Translations under genes and position numbers: made by a program
Assembly: GCA_965602795.1 (NCBI GenBank)
Contig: CBFCZR010000001.1
Location: forward strand, 1 to 39,150
Origin: Candidatus Bathyarchaeota archaeon
GTDB taxonomy: Archaea > Thermoproteota > Bathyarchaeia > Bathyarchaeales > Bathyarchaeaceae
Length of the DNA stretch: 39,150 nucleotides
Reading direction: 5' to 3'
In this document: positions 16,369-25,105 of the stretch, in pieces
Layout: each line of letters starts with the position of its first letter
Numbering within the stretch: the stretch's first letter is position 1
Notes under the pieces: generated by a model
Databases searched by the model: none
What the model was told of the DNA's origin: nothing
What the model saw: the letters and a program-made list of their open reading frames with translations, nothing else

Positions 16369-17394
16369 TCAGGTCTCGTCAGCTGGCTCCTCCTCAGGCA
16401 AATTGTGTATTTTCCGTTTGTAGCAAACCAGAGGATTCACTGCTCCTCTGCATTCGGGTTCCGGTGAGACACAGATGCCGTGGGTGCGTAACGTAGCACA
16501 GTTTGGAGGGGTGTATTTTGTCCCTGACCCTCTGGTTCCAGCGATGTGTTCCACCTGATAGCGGGTCATTCGTTCGTTGAAGTCAGAGACGGATCGAAAA
16601 AACTTGAAAACATCCTCCTCACTCATCCCGATGTTTAACAGAAAGGAAGTTAACGCAAATCGGCCTATGTGGGAAGCAGGGCGACCAGCCGCAACCCGGT
16701 CATATACGCTCTTAATACAGGGAGGAAAGGCTTCCATCACCACACGCTTAGGCATCTCTTCCAGCTGAATCTGTTCCCGTTTCTCCGCAGCAAGTTGCCT
16801 TAACTGATTTACTCGAGCCATTATGCCGGAAGGAAGAGATTTTATCCTGATGTCAACTTTCTCTTCAATATATTTCCGCACCTCCTCTTCTAGCAAACGG
16901 CTTACTTCCCTTCTTGTAAGGTAAACATCCCCGTTAATCAAAAGGTGATTAACTAGCTTCCAATTCTTGTCGTGAAAGCCCGTTGCGTTCCTCAAAAAAA
17001 CTGGAAAACGAACAGCAAAAACATAATGCGGCAGCTTAACGTCATTCACCAATCTTATGTTCCAGTTGAAGTTGTTGGCAACTTCAGACAGTTTCTCTTC
17101 ATCCTCCGCTTTCAGCAACTCAGAAGCCCGCTTCGCTTCAGCTAACGAATATCTGCTTTTGATGAGAGAGTCCTCTGTGGCGGCAACCAACATAACCGCT
17201 ATTGGAAAAGAGAATATCTCAATTTCGTTCTCCCGCGGCTCATCCCGTGGCTGAGTACTCGCGTAAGCAGACACGTCAAGTAAGGCATTTCTAACCCGCT
17301 TCTCTGCACGGTCCAAGAAGGGAACAAAAAAGTCGCTTTCCAGCTCGTTGATGTCTAGACCCATTTCTCTTACGTGCTCAGCAGCCTCTTTCAT
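16369..17394 (-). CDS. priL: DNA primase large subunit PriL (coordinates are the minimal ATG-initiated ORF; the true N-terminus probably lies upstream, see finding)
   Basis: The Fe-S domain cysteines are present (FPPCIKSVY..., PPNCATLRTHGICVSPEPECRG). The length and helical N-terminal domain fit PriL. The 20 codons upstream (17395-17454) remain open and encode ...AKYPF. Confidence 0.9.
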   Translation of the reverse strand: MKEAAEHVREMGLDINELESDFFVPFLDRAEKRVRNALLDVSAYASTQPRDEPRENEIEIFSFPIAVMLVAATEDSLIKSRYSLAEAKRASELLKAEDEEKLSEVANNFNWNIRLVNDVKLPHYVFAVRFPVFLRNATGFHDKNWKLVNHLLINGDVYLTRREVSRLLEEEVRKYIEEKVDIRIKSLPSGIMARVNQLRQLAAEKREQIQLEEMPKRVVMEAFPPCIKSVYDRVAAGRPASHIGRFALTSFLLNIGMSEEDVFKFFRSVSDFNERMTRYQVEHIAGTRGSGTKYTPPNCATLRTHGICVSPEPECRGAVNPLVCYKRKIHNLPEEEPADET

Positions 17395-17454
17395 GAAAGG
17401 ATATTTTGCTCGGTCGTAAGCAGTAAGTACCTGCTTAACCTCCCCTGTTAGTTG

Positions 17455-18210
17455 TTACTCTACTTCTATACGAGGAGCCAAGAAAAATTTCAGTTTTCCT
17501 TCTTTTTCCTGCTGGAAATCCAGTTTAATAGGCATATCCGTCGAAAACTCTATAACAACGATCTCTGATGTAGGCACAGCCGCCTTCACTATCTCTGAGA
17601 GGTAACTTAAGCTAAAAGTGGCTTTAGAAGTCTCCTTCGCCGACATCTCCAAGAGCACATCGTCTCCCACCTTAAATTCGATCGTAGCCCCCATAATGTC
17701 GCCTGCGGCGTTCATAACCATCTTTTCTTTATCAGCCTCGATTCGAACGTGGTCGCTCACCAAAGAGGCGTCCTCTATAGCCTCCCGTAATCCCTGCGTG
17801 GTACTCTTTGCTTTCACGTTGAAATTAACTTTAGGCGTGGGAACCTCTTCCTCCATAGCCTCCAAAGTAGGCATATTGAAAGTGCGAGAATAATTTCCCC
17901 TAATCGCAATTTTCAGTTTCCCAGTCTTTTCATCCAGAGACAACTCAACAGATTCATCTTTTCCTGTTCGCCTCAGCAACTTCAGCATTTCGCTTATGTT
18001 GATGCACATCTTAATTGTTTCACCGCATGCATACTCATCGAACACTGTTTTTGGCCACTCAAAATCAACCATGGCGACTCGTGAGGGGTCCATGGCGCGA
18101 AGTTTGATTCCTTCGGTGGTTAAGTCGAAGGTGGCTTCGTCTACGAGTATGGAAATAGCGCCCATCATATCTTTCAAAACTTTTGCATCAGCCATTTTAG
18201 CCTTGAACAT
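17455..18210 (-). CDS. pcn: DNA sliding clamp PCNA
   Basis: MFKAKMADAKVLKDMMGAISILVDEATF...KFFLAPRIEVE* matches typical archaeal PCNA at both ends. GGAGGT lies 6 nt upstream of ATG 18210, so the 14-codon extension to 18252 is unlikely. Confidence 0.92.
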   Translation of the reverse strand: MFKAKMADAKVLKDMMGAISILVDEATFDLTTEGIKLRAMDPSRVAMVDFEWPKTVFDEYACGETIKMCINISEMLKLLRRTGKDESVELSLDEKTGKLKIAIRGNYSRTFNMPTLEAMEEEVPTPKVNFNVKAKSTTQGLREAIEDASLVSDHVRIEADKEKMVMNAAGDIMGATIEFKVGDDVLLEMSAKETSKATFSLSYLSEIVKAAVPTSEIVVIEFSTDMPIKLDFQQEKEGKLKFFLAPRIEVE

Positions 18211-18316
18211 CAATAAACCTCCGTTATCATTTATGTTTAAGCTACCTCTCATTTAAGGTGTTTGATTTCTCAGGCAACCAAGTGAAGTGAGCCAGTTTTT
18301 AGCCGATTACGGTATT

Positions 18317-18664
18317 TCAGCTGTATTCACGGAAGGTATAGTTGCATTTTGTGCATCTGAAAAACTGTGTTGACGACTCATCTGTGCCGCGGGTTTGCAC
18401 CTGCCAAGCGTAAGCAGTATTGTTGCCACATTTGGGGCACTCTATCCTGACTGTAGGTAAAGTACGCAGTTTTTGTTCCTTTTTTCCGATGATAGCTATG
18501 GATTCTTGAGGAGAAGGTTTTATGGGTTTGGGGGCAACAGGTGGCTTATCTTCAGTCCTTTTCTTATAACCACATTTTGGGCATGCAAGATGGAAAACAT
18601 CTTTTTCTGCCTGTTTTTCGTGCTTTGAAACCAGCCGCGTTCCACACTTTGGACAGAATTCCAT
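18317..18664 (-). CDS. tfs: Transcription factor S (TFS / RpoM, TFIIS-like cleavage factor)
   Basis: The N-terminal ribbon is CPKCGTRL...CPKCG. The C-terminal TFIIS ribbon is CPKCGNNTAYAWQVQTRGTDESSTQFFRCTKC, with the acidic DE loop retained. I prefer the ATG at 18664, which follows GGTGGTGA. Confidence 0.88.
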   Translation of the reverse strand: MEFCPKCGTRLVSKHEKQAEKDVFHLACPKCGYKKRTEDKPPVAPKPIKPSPQESIAIIGKKEQKLRTLPTVRIECPKCGNNTAYAWQVQTRGTDESSTQFFRCTKCNYTFREYS

Positions 18665-18710
18665 ATCACTCACCACCTTTTCTGCGCAAACTCGATTGCA
18701 ACTTACTCTT

Positions 18711-19325
18711 TTAAATCTTTTCTCTTAAACGAGTTAACCCAGAAGCTATAATGTGCGCTACTCGCAAAGCCTCAGGAATAAAACTTCGTGTGGATGTTCT
18801 TTTCACAATCTTTTCGGCGTCCTCCCGCAAAACTCCTGCTATATGCATGTAAACAGGGTTCTCCCCCTTTCGAGACTCAACCTCAAATATTTCCCCAGCA
18901 TTCTCCATAGCTCGCCATCTAATCTCAAAATCTGGAAGATTCTTAAGGGCGCTTCTTATTTTCTCCAAATCAGGTTTTTCTCGCACCACCGATATAACGG
19001 GCAAGTCTACCCTGCGGGAGAGCTCACTGATGTCTACCACATTGAAGCCAGCGAAGGTGACGCCATCTAGAACTACAACCCGAATTTCCCCATAGAAAGG
19101 AGAGCTTTCGATCATTGCAGCTATTTTTTCTGTGGCATCCAACCCGTCAATGGTTATCTCTGTTCGCATAACTCCTTCAAACCAGCAGCCTCCCCGATAG
19201 ACGACTCCAACAACTGTTACGGTTCCCTTAGTGCGGAGAACAAACGCGCCATCGTCAATACCCAACACTCGAATCTCAGGTTTTATGGAACGAAACTTTT
19301 TAGGAGGCAAAACTATCATCTCCAA
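18711..19325 (-). CDS. DUF99/UPF0215 family protein (endonuclease-V-like fold)
   Basis: IRVLGIDDGAF...VVGVVYRGG...DGLDAT...VVLDGVTFAGFNVVD is the pattern I associate with archaeal DUF99 proteins. This is recalled from memory. Confidence 0.65.
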   Translation of the reverse strand: MEMIVLPPKKFRSIKPEIRVLGIDDGAFVLRTKGTVTVVGVVYRGGCWFEGVMRTEITIDGLDATEKIAAMIESSPFYGEIRVVVLDGVTFAGFNVVDISELSRRVDLPVISVVREKPDLEKIRSALKNLPDFEIRWRAMENAGEIFEVESRKGENPVYMHIAGVLREDAEKIVKRTSTRSFIPEALRVAHIIASGLTRLREKI

Positions 19326-19395
19326 ATTCGGTTTACTTAGCCTTTAAATTTTATTCACCCCTACTAAGTTAGACAGAAGGATAGAAGGGAGCCAC

Positions 19396-19770
19396 ATGTT
19401 TACATTCGTACCACAATACGAGAGCCTCAACGAAGTTTTAATGGACCAGAAACTAGCCTCCTTGGGAGACGCCTACGTAAATTTCCTTTATTCTCTGGCA
19501 TTATCCAAAAAGAAGGGAGAAGCAACTGGAATCAAAGTTAAGGGGCGTTTGCTTGCAGATGCCTTCAAAAGGGCGGAGTTGAGAAAATTTCTGCCTTCAA
19601 GAATCGACCGACACAAAATGGCGGATGCTGCTGAAGCTTTGATTGTGTACGCTTGGATACGGGGTTCGATGACGATGGAAGAGGGACTGGAAATCCTAGA
19701 ACAGAACGGAGACGAAGCTGAAGTGCTCAGCTTACTTCTTCTCACTGCAAAGAAGAAGGTAGAATTCTAA
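19396..19770 (+). CDS. Mini-RNase-III-like protein (single RNase III catalytic-type domain, no dsRBD)
   Basis: LASLGDAYVNFLYS resembles the RNase III signature (xLxxLGDA). KMADAAEALIVYAW resembles the second catalytic motif (xDxxEALIGA). At 124 aa it has no room for a dsRNA-binding domain. Confidence 0.55.
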   Translation: MFTFVPQYESLNEVLMDQKLASLGDAYVNFLYSLALSKKKGEATGIKVKGRLLADAFKRAELRKFLPSRIDRHKMADAAEALIVYAWIRGSMTMEEGLEILEQNGDEAEVLSLLLLTAKKKVEF

Positions 19771-19793
19771 AACGAACAGAGAAAGACAACTGT

Positions 19794-20087
19794 CTATTTT
19801 TGTTTATATGCCTTAGATGCTTTCTTGAAAGACTTACTGAAGTTCTTGCCGAGGTCATGAACTTTTTTGGTTGCCTCTTTGATTACCGCTTCCGGATTTT
19901 GCTTCTCTTTTGTGCGAATATACAGTATCCCACTGTCAAATAGAGGATGGGGCACGTGATAGCCAGCCATCTCGATGGTGTCATCTTCCAGAAGGGTCTT
20001 TTGTAGCACATTCAGAAGGGAATGCCCTGCGCCCTCCACCTCGATTTTCAGTTCATTGTCTGAACTTTTCAAAACCTTAACTTTCAT
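19794..20087 (-). CDS. rpoL: DNA-directed RNA polymerase subunit L (Rpo11)
   Basis: MKVKVLKSSDNELKIEVEGAGHSLLNVLQKTLLEDDTIEMAGYHVPHPL is the classic RpoL/Rpb11 N-terminus. It overlaps the csl4 end by 11 nt. Confidence 0.9.
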   Translation of the reverse strand: MKVKVLKSSDNELKIEVEGAGHSLLNVLQKTLLEDDTIEMAGYHVPHPLFDSGILYIRTKEKQNPEAVIKEATKKVHDLGKNFSKSFKKASKAYKQK

Positions 20088-20676
20088 TTTGCTCCACCTC
20101 GCGAGTTACTTCTTTTCCGTAGTCAGGAGACATTTTTCGTCTCTCAAAGTTTCCGCATTTGAGGCATTTCATCCCACGATTTTCTGGCTGCAAAACATGT
20201 CCACATCTTGAACAGAGGGCATAAACTACCCCTAAACCTTTATCCGCTGTTGACAAAAAGACAGACCTGTTTTCGGTGCTAATCACCTTCGCTGTCATAA
20301 CGTCGCCTGCTTTACAGACATTAAACATATTATCTACGTAGCCGTGGCTCACGCCAGAGATATGCAAAGCACCCTTGAAAAAGCCAGAAAGCATCTTGTC
20401 TCCAATCTGGAAAATGCGTAAAGTTGCGTTCTTGCTTTTTACGTCTAAAACCAATCCAGTTATTATGTCTCCAACCTGCGGGGTGCTTACTGTTTGAACA
20501 ACGGGATATACTGAGACCTGCCTGTTTAACATGTCTAACAGAGTGCGTCCCGTCACTTTTGAGTGAATAGTTCCGCTTTCCACATAGGTTCCAGGTCCAG
20601 ACGTAAACTCTTCTATGACGCCCAAACGGTCTCCGGGAACAACGAATAATCCGCTCTTTCTTTCAGATTCTGTCAT
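20077..20676 (-). CDS. csl4: Exosome complex RNA-binding subunit Csl4
   Basis: The N-terminal domain has VVPGDRLGVIEEF. The S1 domain has GDIITGLVLDVKSKNATLRI. The C-terminal zinc ribbon is CSRCGHVLQPENRGMKCLKCG. Confidence 0.88.
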   Translation of the reverse strand: MTESERKSGLFVVPGDRLGVIEEFTSGPGTYVESGTIHSKVTGRTLLDMLNRQVSVYPVVQTVSTPQVGDIITGLVLDVKSKNATLRIFQIGDKMLSGFFKGALHISGVSHGYVDNMFNVCKAGDVMTAKVISTENRSVFLSTADKGLGVVYALCSRCGHVLQPENRGMKCLKCGNFERRKMSPDYGKEVTREVEQNES

Positions 20677-21319
20677 GAATTTTTCCTTCTATTCTATACA
20701 GATCAACTTGGGTAATCTTTTTTTTCTTTGTGTGAAACTTAAACATTCTCGGAATTTCCATTTTCAGGGGAAATATGTTAGTTACTCTTCCTCCGTGCCC
20801 CTCAATAAACCTTTTGATAAACTCTCGATTACGTCCTCCACTTTTATGAAACGAGTAAATTGTGCTACTTAACTCTAACGATTTAGACATAAACCTTCTA
20901 TCCGCTCTTCTTCGTTGAACCCCGAAGGGAGGATTCTGCAGGACGGTATCGAAACCGCCTTTGACAACATCTATGTCCGCTATAATCCAATGGGTATTTT
21001 CTTTCACACCCATTATTTCCGCATTTTTTTGCGCTAATCTCACCGCAACACCATCCACATCAACGCCGAAAACTTTCTTTGCACCTAATAGAGAGGCACC
21101 TATGGCTAGTCTCCCTGTGCCACAACCTAACTCCACCACAGTTTTGTCGACGATGTCATCGTAAACGTATGCTGCTAGGTAGAGCATCTCTGCCGCCACA
21201 TTTGAGGGAGTGGTATACTGCTCAAGGTAAGCGTTGGGCGAAGGGTGGGCTTCAATCTGTGACAGCGCCCGCTCTAGGTCGCGTTTCCGAACCAGCCTCT
21301 TGTGAGCAGTTTCTCCCAT
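20663..21319 (-). CDS. SAM-dependent methyltransferase, COG2263/METTL5-like
   Basis: SAM motif I is VVELGCGTGRLAIGASLLGAKKVFGVDVD. The NPPFG motif typical of N6-amino methyltransferases is present. It sits between dph2 and csl4 with overlapping ends. Confidence 0.75.
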   Translation of the reverse strand: MGETAHKRLVRKRDLERALSQIEAHPSPNAYLEQYTTPSNVAAEMLYLAAYVYDDIVDKTVVELGCGTGRLAIGASLLGAKKVFGVDVDGVAVRLAQKNAEIMGVKENTHWIIADIDVVKGGFDTVLQNPPFGVQRRRADRRFMSKSLELSSTIYSFHKSGGRNREFIKRFIEGHGGRVTNIFPLKMEIPRMFKFHTKKKKITQVDLYRIEGKIHDRI

Positions 21320-22287
21320 TCCATTTCCCCCAGCAATACAAGTGCTTCGTTAAGAGACAAAAGAGGTTTACGGAAACTCTGTGCATCATCTAATGAAAGG
21401 CGAGGGCAGGCAGTGTTTACAAACGCATCTAAACTTGGAAACTGTATCAGGGCACTGGATGCAACCTCTCTGAGGGCAAGCAAGGTAGCCTTTAGCCCAT
21501 TTTGTTCAAGTTTATCTTTGATTTTCACCGCGTCCCCCAGCCTCATCTGCCCACTTTTCAGGCTTATCAACACGCCGAAGCTCTTTGCTTTCTTCGCCTC
21601 AACTATATTAGCCCAACGCTGCTTGATAAGCCGATTAACTTCATCTTGGACAGAATATGCCCTCTTTTCGTAAGGATCAGCAATTATCGTTGGCTTTCCC
21701 GTGGCTAAAGCTACACCCATCGCATGAAATCTGCCACCGCCAACAAAAACATACGCCTCAACCTTCTCCGAAACAGATCGGGCATTACCAAAATCACATC
21801 CGATCACCTGCCCAGGATACTTAACTGGGTCAGCATCCCCCACAAAAACGGTTTTTCCAGCAGCCTCAAGCAGGCTTTTTGCTTCTTTAAGTTGGTGGAC
21901 ATGCTGAACCGTTGTAACCAAACCAATTTTGCTCCAAGATTCAAGGTGAGCCAAGGCTTCTGCTAGGGCTTCTTTGATGCCGATTTTCGCCCTTGCCTCA
22001 ACATAAACAACAGGCACTTCAGTACGCGCGGTCATGGGTGTGTGCCCGTAATGAACTATAAGGTCTGCGCCCAGAATTTTTGCTTCAGAGACAGCTAGAT
22101 CGCAGGCGCCATAACATGGATCTGTTGAGACGATTGGAGTAGCTCCGGCTTCCTCGATGATAGAAGCTAGGTGAGGAGCCTCGGGTTTTAGGCCTTCCGG
22201 AAGCTGCAAGAACACGATTTTAGGCTTAAGTTTCTTTATTTCTTTCTTCAGTCTCTTTTCTTCAAGATCGAAGGACATTGTTCTCAT
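21274..22287 (-). CDS. dph2: Diphthamide biosynthesis protein Dph2 (2-(3-amino-3-carboxypropyl)histidine synthase)
   Basis: IVFLQLPEGLK...DPCYGACD...HYGH...GCDF...VNTACPR shows the three-domain Dph2 pattern with conserved Cys residues. Confidence 0.85.
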   Translation of the reverse strand: MRTMSFDLEEKRLKKEIKKLKPKIVFLQLPEGLKPEAPHLASIIEEAGATPIVSTDPCYGACDLAVSEAKILGADLIVHYGHTPMTARTEVPVVYVEARAKIGIKEALAEALAHLESWSKIGLVTTVQHVHQLKEAKSLLEAAGKTVFVGDADPVKYPGQVIGCDFGNARSVSEKVEAYVFVGGGRFHAMGVALATGKPTIIADPYEKRAYSVQDEVNRLIKQRWANIVEAKKAKSFGVLISLKSGQMRLGDAVKIKDKLEQNGLKATLLALREVASSALIQFPSLDAFVNTACPRLSLDDAQSFRKPLLSLNEALVLLGEMEWEKLLTRGWFGNAT

Positions 22288-22387
22288 CTACAGTTTACTA
22301 TAAAGGATCAGGAATTAAAGGTGGCTCCAGCAAGCAGAGCCTTTCACGACCTGTCATCGAAAAGCGTTAATCAGGATTGTTTAACAT

Positions 22388-25000
22388 TCAGACCGCTGAA
22401 GCAAATTTCTTGACCAAGTACTTGGCATTACGCCTCGTTATTCCTAGTTCTTTAGCTATTTTGCGGTGATCTTTCTTGTTTCTCTTAATAACTTTGATTA
22501 ATTCCTTCTCTATCTCTTCTACCGAAAGCAAGGTTTCAACAACTTTGTCTGGATTGACGCCAATAGAATCCAGATGCATAGTTAAGAACTTGAGGAAATC
22601 TCTTCCCAAATCACTTGGTGCCTGACCACATATCCCCACAGTTCTTTCAGGATTCATCGAATGGGCCCCTTCGCACAGCATTTCAATTGCTTTAATCACT
22701 GCAGGATCAGATTCATCGAACTGCCAAGCAATTTTTTCGCTGTCACGATCTATCCCTAGAGTTAACTGGGTGAGGTCGTTGCTTCCTATGCTGAAGCCGT
22801 CACAGTATTTAGAGAATACTTTTGGAATTATACAGATACTAGGAACCTCAGCCATGAAAATTATGTCAGGTATCTTCAAGCTTTTTTTCTTGAAAGCATT
22901 TTTGATTAGTTCAGTTACCTTTTCTGCTTCAGTAGTTGTCCGGATGAATGGGATCATCGGAACTGCGTTTGTCAAGCCTAGCTCATGTACTTGCGTAAAA
23001 GCTTCAAGTTCTAGCGTATATGCCTCGGAGAAGAAGTCGTCGATATATCTTGAAGCGCCTCTGAAGCCAATCATGGGATTGTTTTCTTGGAATTCAAGCT
23101 CGATTTTGTTGACTTCTATGTCTGTTGAATCGCAGATAGGACATTTTTCCTGCGGCTGTAGAGATATGCTTTTGCCACACTTGCAGTTGATTTCATAGTA
23201 GACTGCGCCTGGAAGAGAGGCATATTCGTTTGTTTTGAAATCTGAGAATCGGACTATGATCTTACGTGGTTTGAATGCTCCAGCGATTATTGCTACACCA
23301 GTCTTTAGCCTCTTGACATATTCATCAGTCAGAGATGTAACCATGGGATACTTTTTCTTAACATCGTCAGCCCATCTTTCAGAACCAAGCTTGTCAGCCC
23401 TCAAAGCAAACACAGGATGTAATTCTGTGCTTGTTACAACGAATTCGATGCGAACAAGAGAACTGCCCTTAGACGGAAGTTGACTAATGTGTAAAGCCTC
23501 ATCAGGACTGCCGATGTTCACCATAATCTTTGTGATGGTTTTTGGAATTTTCTTTAGCTCGAACTCTTGCACCTCAAAAGGTATCTCGCCCGCGAATATT
23601 CTCGCTTCACCAGTTGAACAGTCGAGAGTAATCTCATCTCCATCTTCTAGGTTAAGGGCGCCAACAACACCAACAGCACACGGAATCCCTCTTTCTCTGG
23701 AAACTATAGCAGCATGAGATGTCCGGTTACCTCTCTCACAAATTAACGCAGAAACTTTTTCGAGGCTCATAACAACTTCCCAATCGGGCGTCGTCATTGA
23801 GGTGACAAGCATCGGCTTCATGCCCTTCTTGTTGAATTCCACAATCTCCTTCACAGCTTCCTCAGGAGTCTCTGCCTTAGCGACAATCCCGGAAGCAATC
23901 TTTGTTCCAACTGGTATGCCAATAAAAAGTGGAGCCGCTTTCGGTTCCTTTTTCAGCTTGAATAGCGTCAATACAGTTCGGGTGGCGTGGACAGTTTCTG
24001 GTCTCGCCTGTGTTATGAAAACTTCACCATTTTCGACAGCATATTCTATATCCATTGGCTTTTTGTAATGTTTTTCTATAGCTGTAACGTGATGGGCAAC
24101 CTGATTTGCTTCATCAAAAGTAAGAACCTTAGGATCATGCTCACCAACAGGAACATCACGGTTCGACTTGGTTTCTTCGTCGTAAACCATCATTTCTTTT
24201 TGAGGGTCTTTAGGTGGAAGGGTTCCGAGAATTTTTACTTCGGGTTCTTTGATGAAAGCGGTCCAGGAAGCACTCTCTTTTCCTTGTACTATCATTTCTC
24301 CTAAGCCATAAACTGCCTGGATTACGCCTACATTTCGGTTGCCAGTGTTAGGGTCTATGGAGAAAGCCACACCAGCCTTTTCTGAGTCAACCATTGTTTG
24401 GATGACAACGGAGATTAAGCCTTGTTTAAGCAGTTCAGCCTCTGACATGTCAAGAATCTTTTTCTTACGCAAATCCTGCCGGTAGTCTATAACCCTCCAG
24501 CCGAAGGCAGAGGCAATACACTTCAAAACATACTTAATAACGTTAGAAGAGTCCAAAGGAACGTTGAGGTAGGTTTCAAATTGCCCAGCAAAAGCGGCAG
24601 TAGCCATGTCCTCAGTAATTCCGGAACTTCTGACGGCAACCCTGTCTCGTCCAACTCGTAGCTTCAGTATTTCAATTTTTTTCTCTAACAAGTCAATGAG
24701 TTTGGGTTGCGTCTTTATGTTTTCGATAACTTTTATTATTTTCTTCGCAAGCTTTTTAGCTTCACGCTCATCGTCTTTAGCCAATACAGCATCCAATTCT
24801 TTTACTAAATCTACAATATGCGGATCGTTGAGCAGCATCTTAGCGAATTCTGTGGTAACCATCACAGCATATGGAACGTTGTCCTTTCCTAGGATATGGA
24901 AGAGTTTAGCTAAATTAGCGCCCTTTCCGCCAGTAAATTTTCCATCAGTTGCAATTTTTTCCTCGATGTTAACGATTAAATTCTCAGACCCCAAGTTCAT
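22388..25000 (-). CDS. ppsA: Phosphoenolpyruvate synthase-like enzyme (PEP/pyruvate-binding, phosphohistidine and PEP-utilising TIM-barrel domains), with an internal Cys4 insertion and a C-terminal extension
   Basis: ATP-grasp N-terminus: GGKGANLAKL, VAVRSSGITEDMATAAFAGQFETYLNV, PMDIEYAVENGEVFITQARPET. Swivel histidine: GNRTSHAAIVSRERGIPCAVG. TIM barrel: LVRIEFVV, NPMIGFRGASRY, DGFSIGSNDLTQLTLGIDRD, VGICGQAPSD. Confidence 0.9.
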   Translation of the reverse strand: MNLGSENLIVNIEEKIATDGKFTGGKGANLAKLFHILGKDNVPYAVMVTTEFAKMLLNDPHIVDLVKELDAVLAKDDEREAKKLAKKIIKVIENIKTQPKLIDLLEKKIEILKLRVGRDRVAVRSSGITEDMATAAFAGQFETYLNVPLDSSNVIKYVLKCIASAFGWRVIDYRQDLRKKKILDMSEAELLKQGLISVVIQTMVDSEKAGVAFSIDPNTGNRNVGVIQAVYGLGEMIVQGKESASWTAFIKEPEVKILGTLPPKDPQKEMMVYDEETKSNRDVPVGEHDPKVLTFDEANQVAHHVTAIEKHYKKPMDIEYAVENGEVFITQARPETVHATRTVLTLFKLKKEPKAAPLFIGIPVGTKIASGIVAKAETPEEAVKEIVEFNKKGMKPMLVTSMTTPDWEVVMSLEKVSALICERGNRTSHAAIVSRERGIPCAVGVVGALNLEDGDEITLDCSTGEARIFAGEIPFEVQEFELKKIPKTITKIMVNIGSPDEALHISQLPSKGSSLVRIEFVVTSTELHPVFALRADKLGSERWADDVKKKYPMVTSLTDEYVKRLKTGVAIIAGAFKPRKIIVRFSDFKTNEYASLPGAVYYEINCKCGKSISLQPQEKCPICDSTDIEVNKIELEFQENNPMIGFRGASRYIDDFFSEAYTLELEAFTQVHELGLTNAVPMIPFIRTTTEAEKVTELIKNAFKKKSLKIPDIIFMAEVPSICIIPKVFSKYCDGFSIGSNDLTQLTLGIDRDSEKIAWQFDESDPAVIKAIEMLCEGAHSMNPERTVGICGQAPSDLGRDFLKFLTMHLDSIGVNPDKVVETLLSVEEIEKELIKVIKRNKKDHRKIAKELGITRRNAKYLVKKFASAV

Positions 25001-25105
25001 ACCCCATACTGTTTATTGATTTATGAACATAAAACAAGGTAAGGAGCCTGTTGTTATTGCAAGTCCCGCCTTCATGGCTAGACCCCTGCAAAGCCACTCC
25101 CTCAA

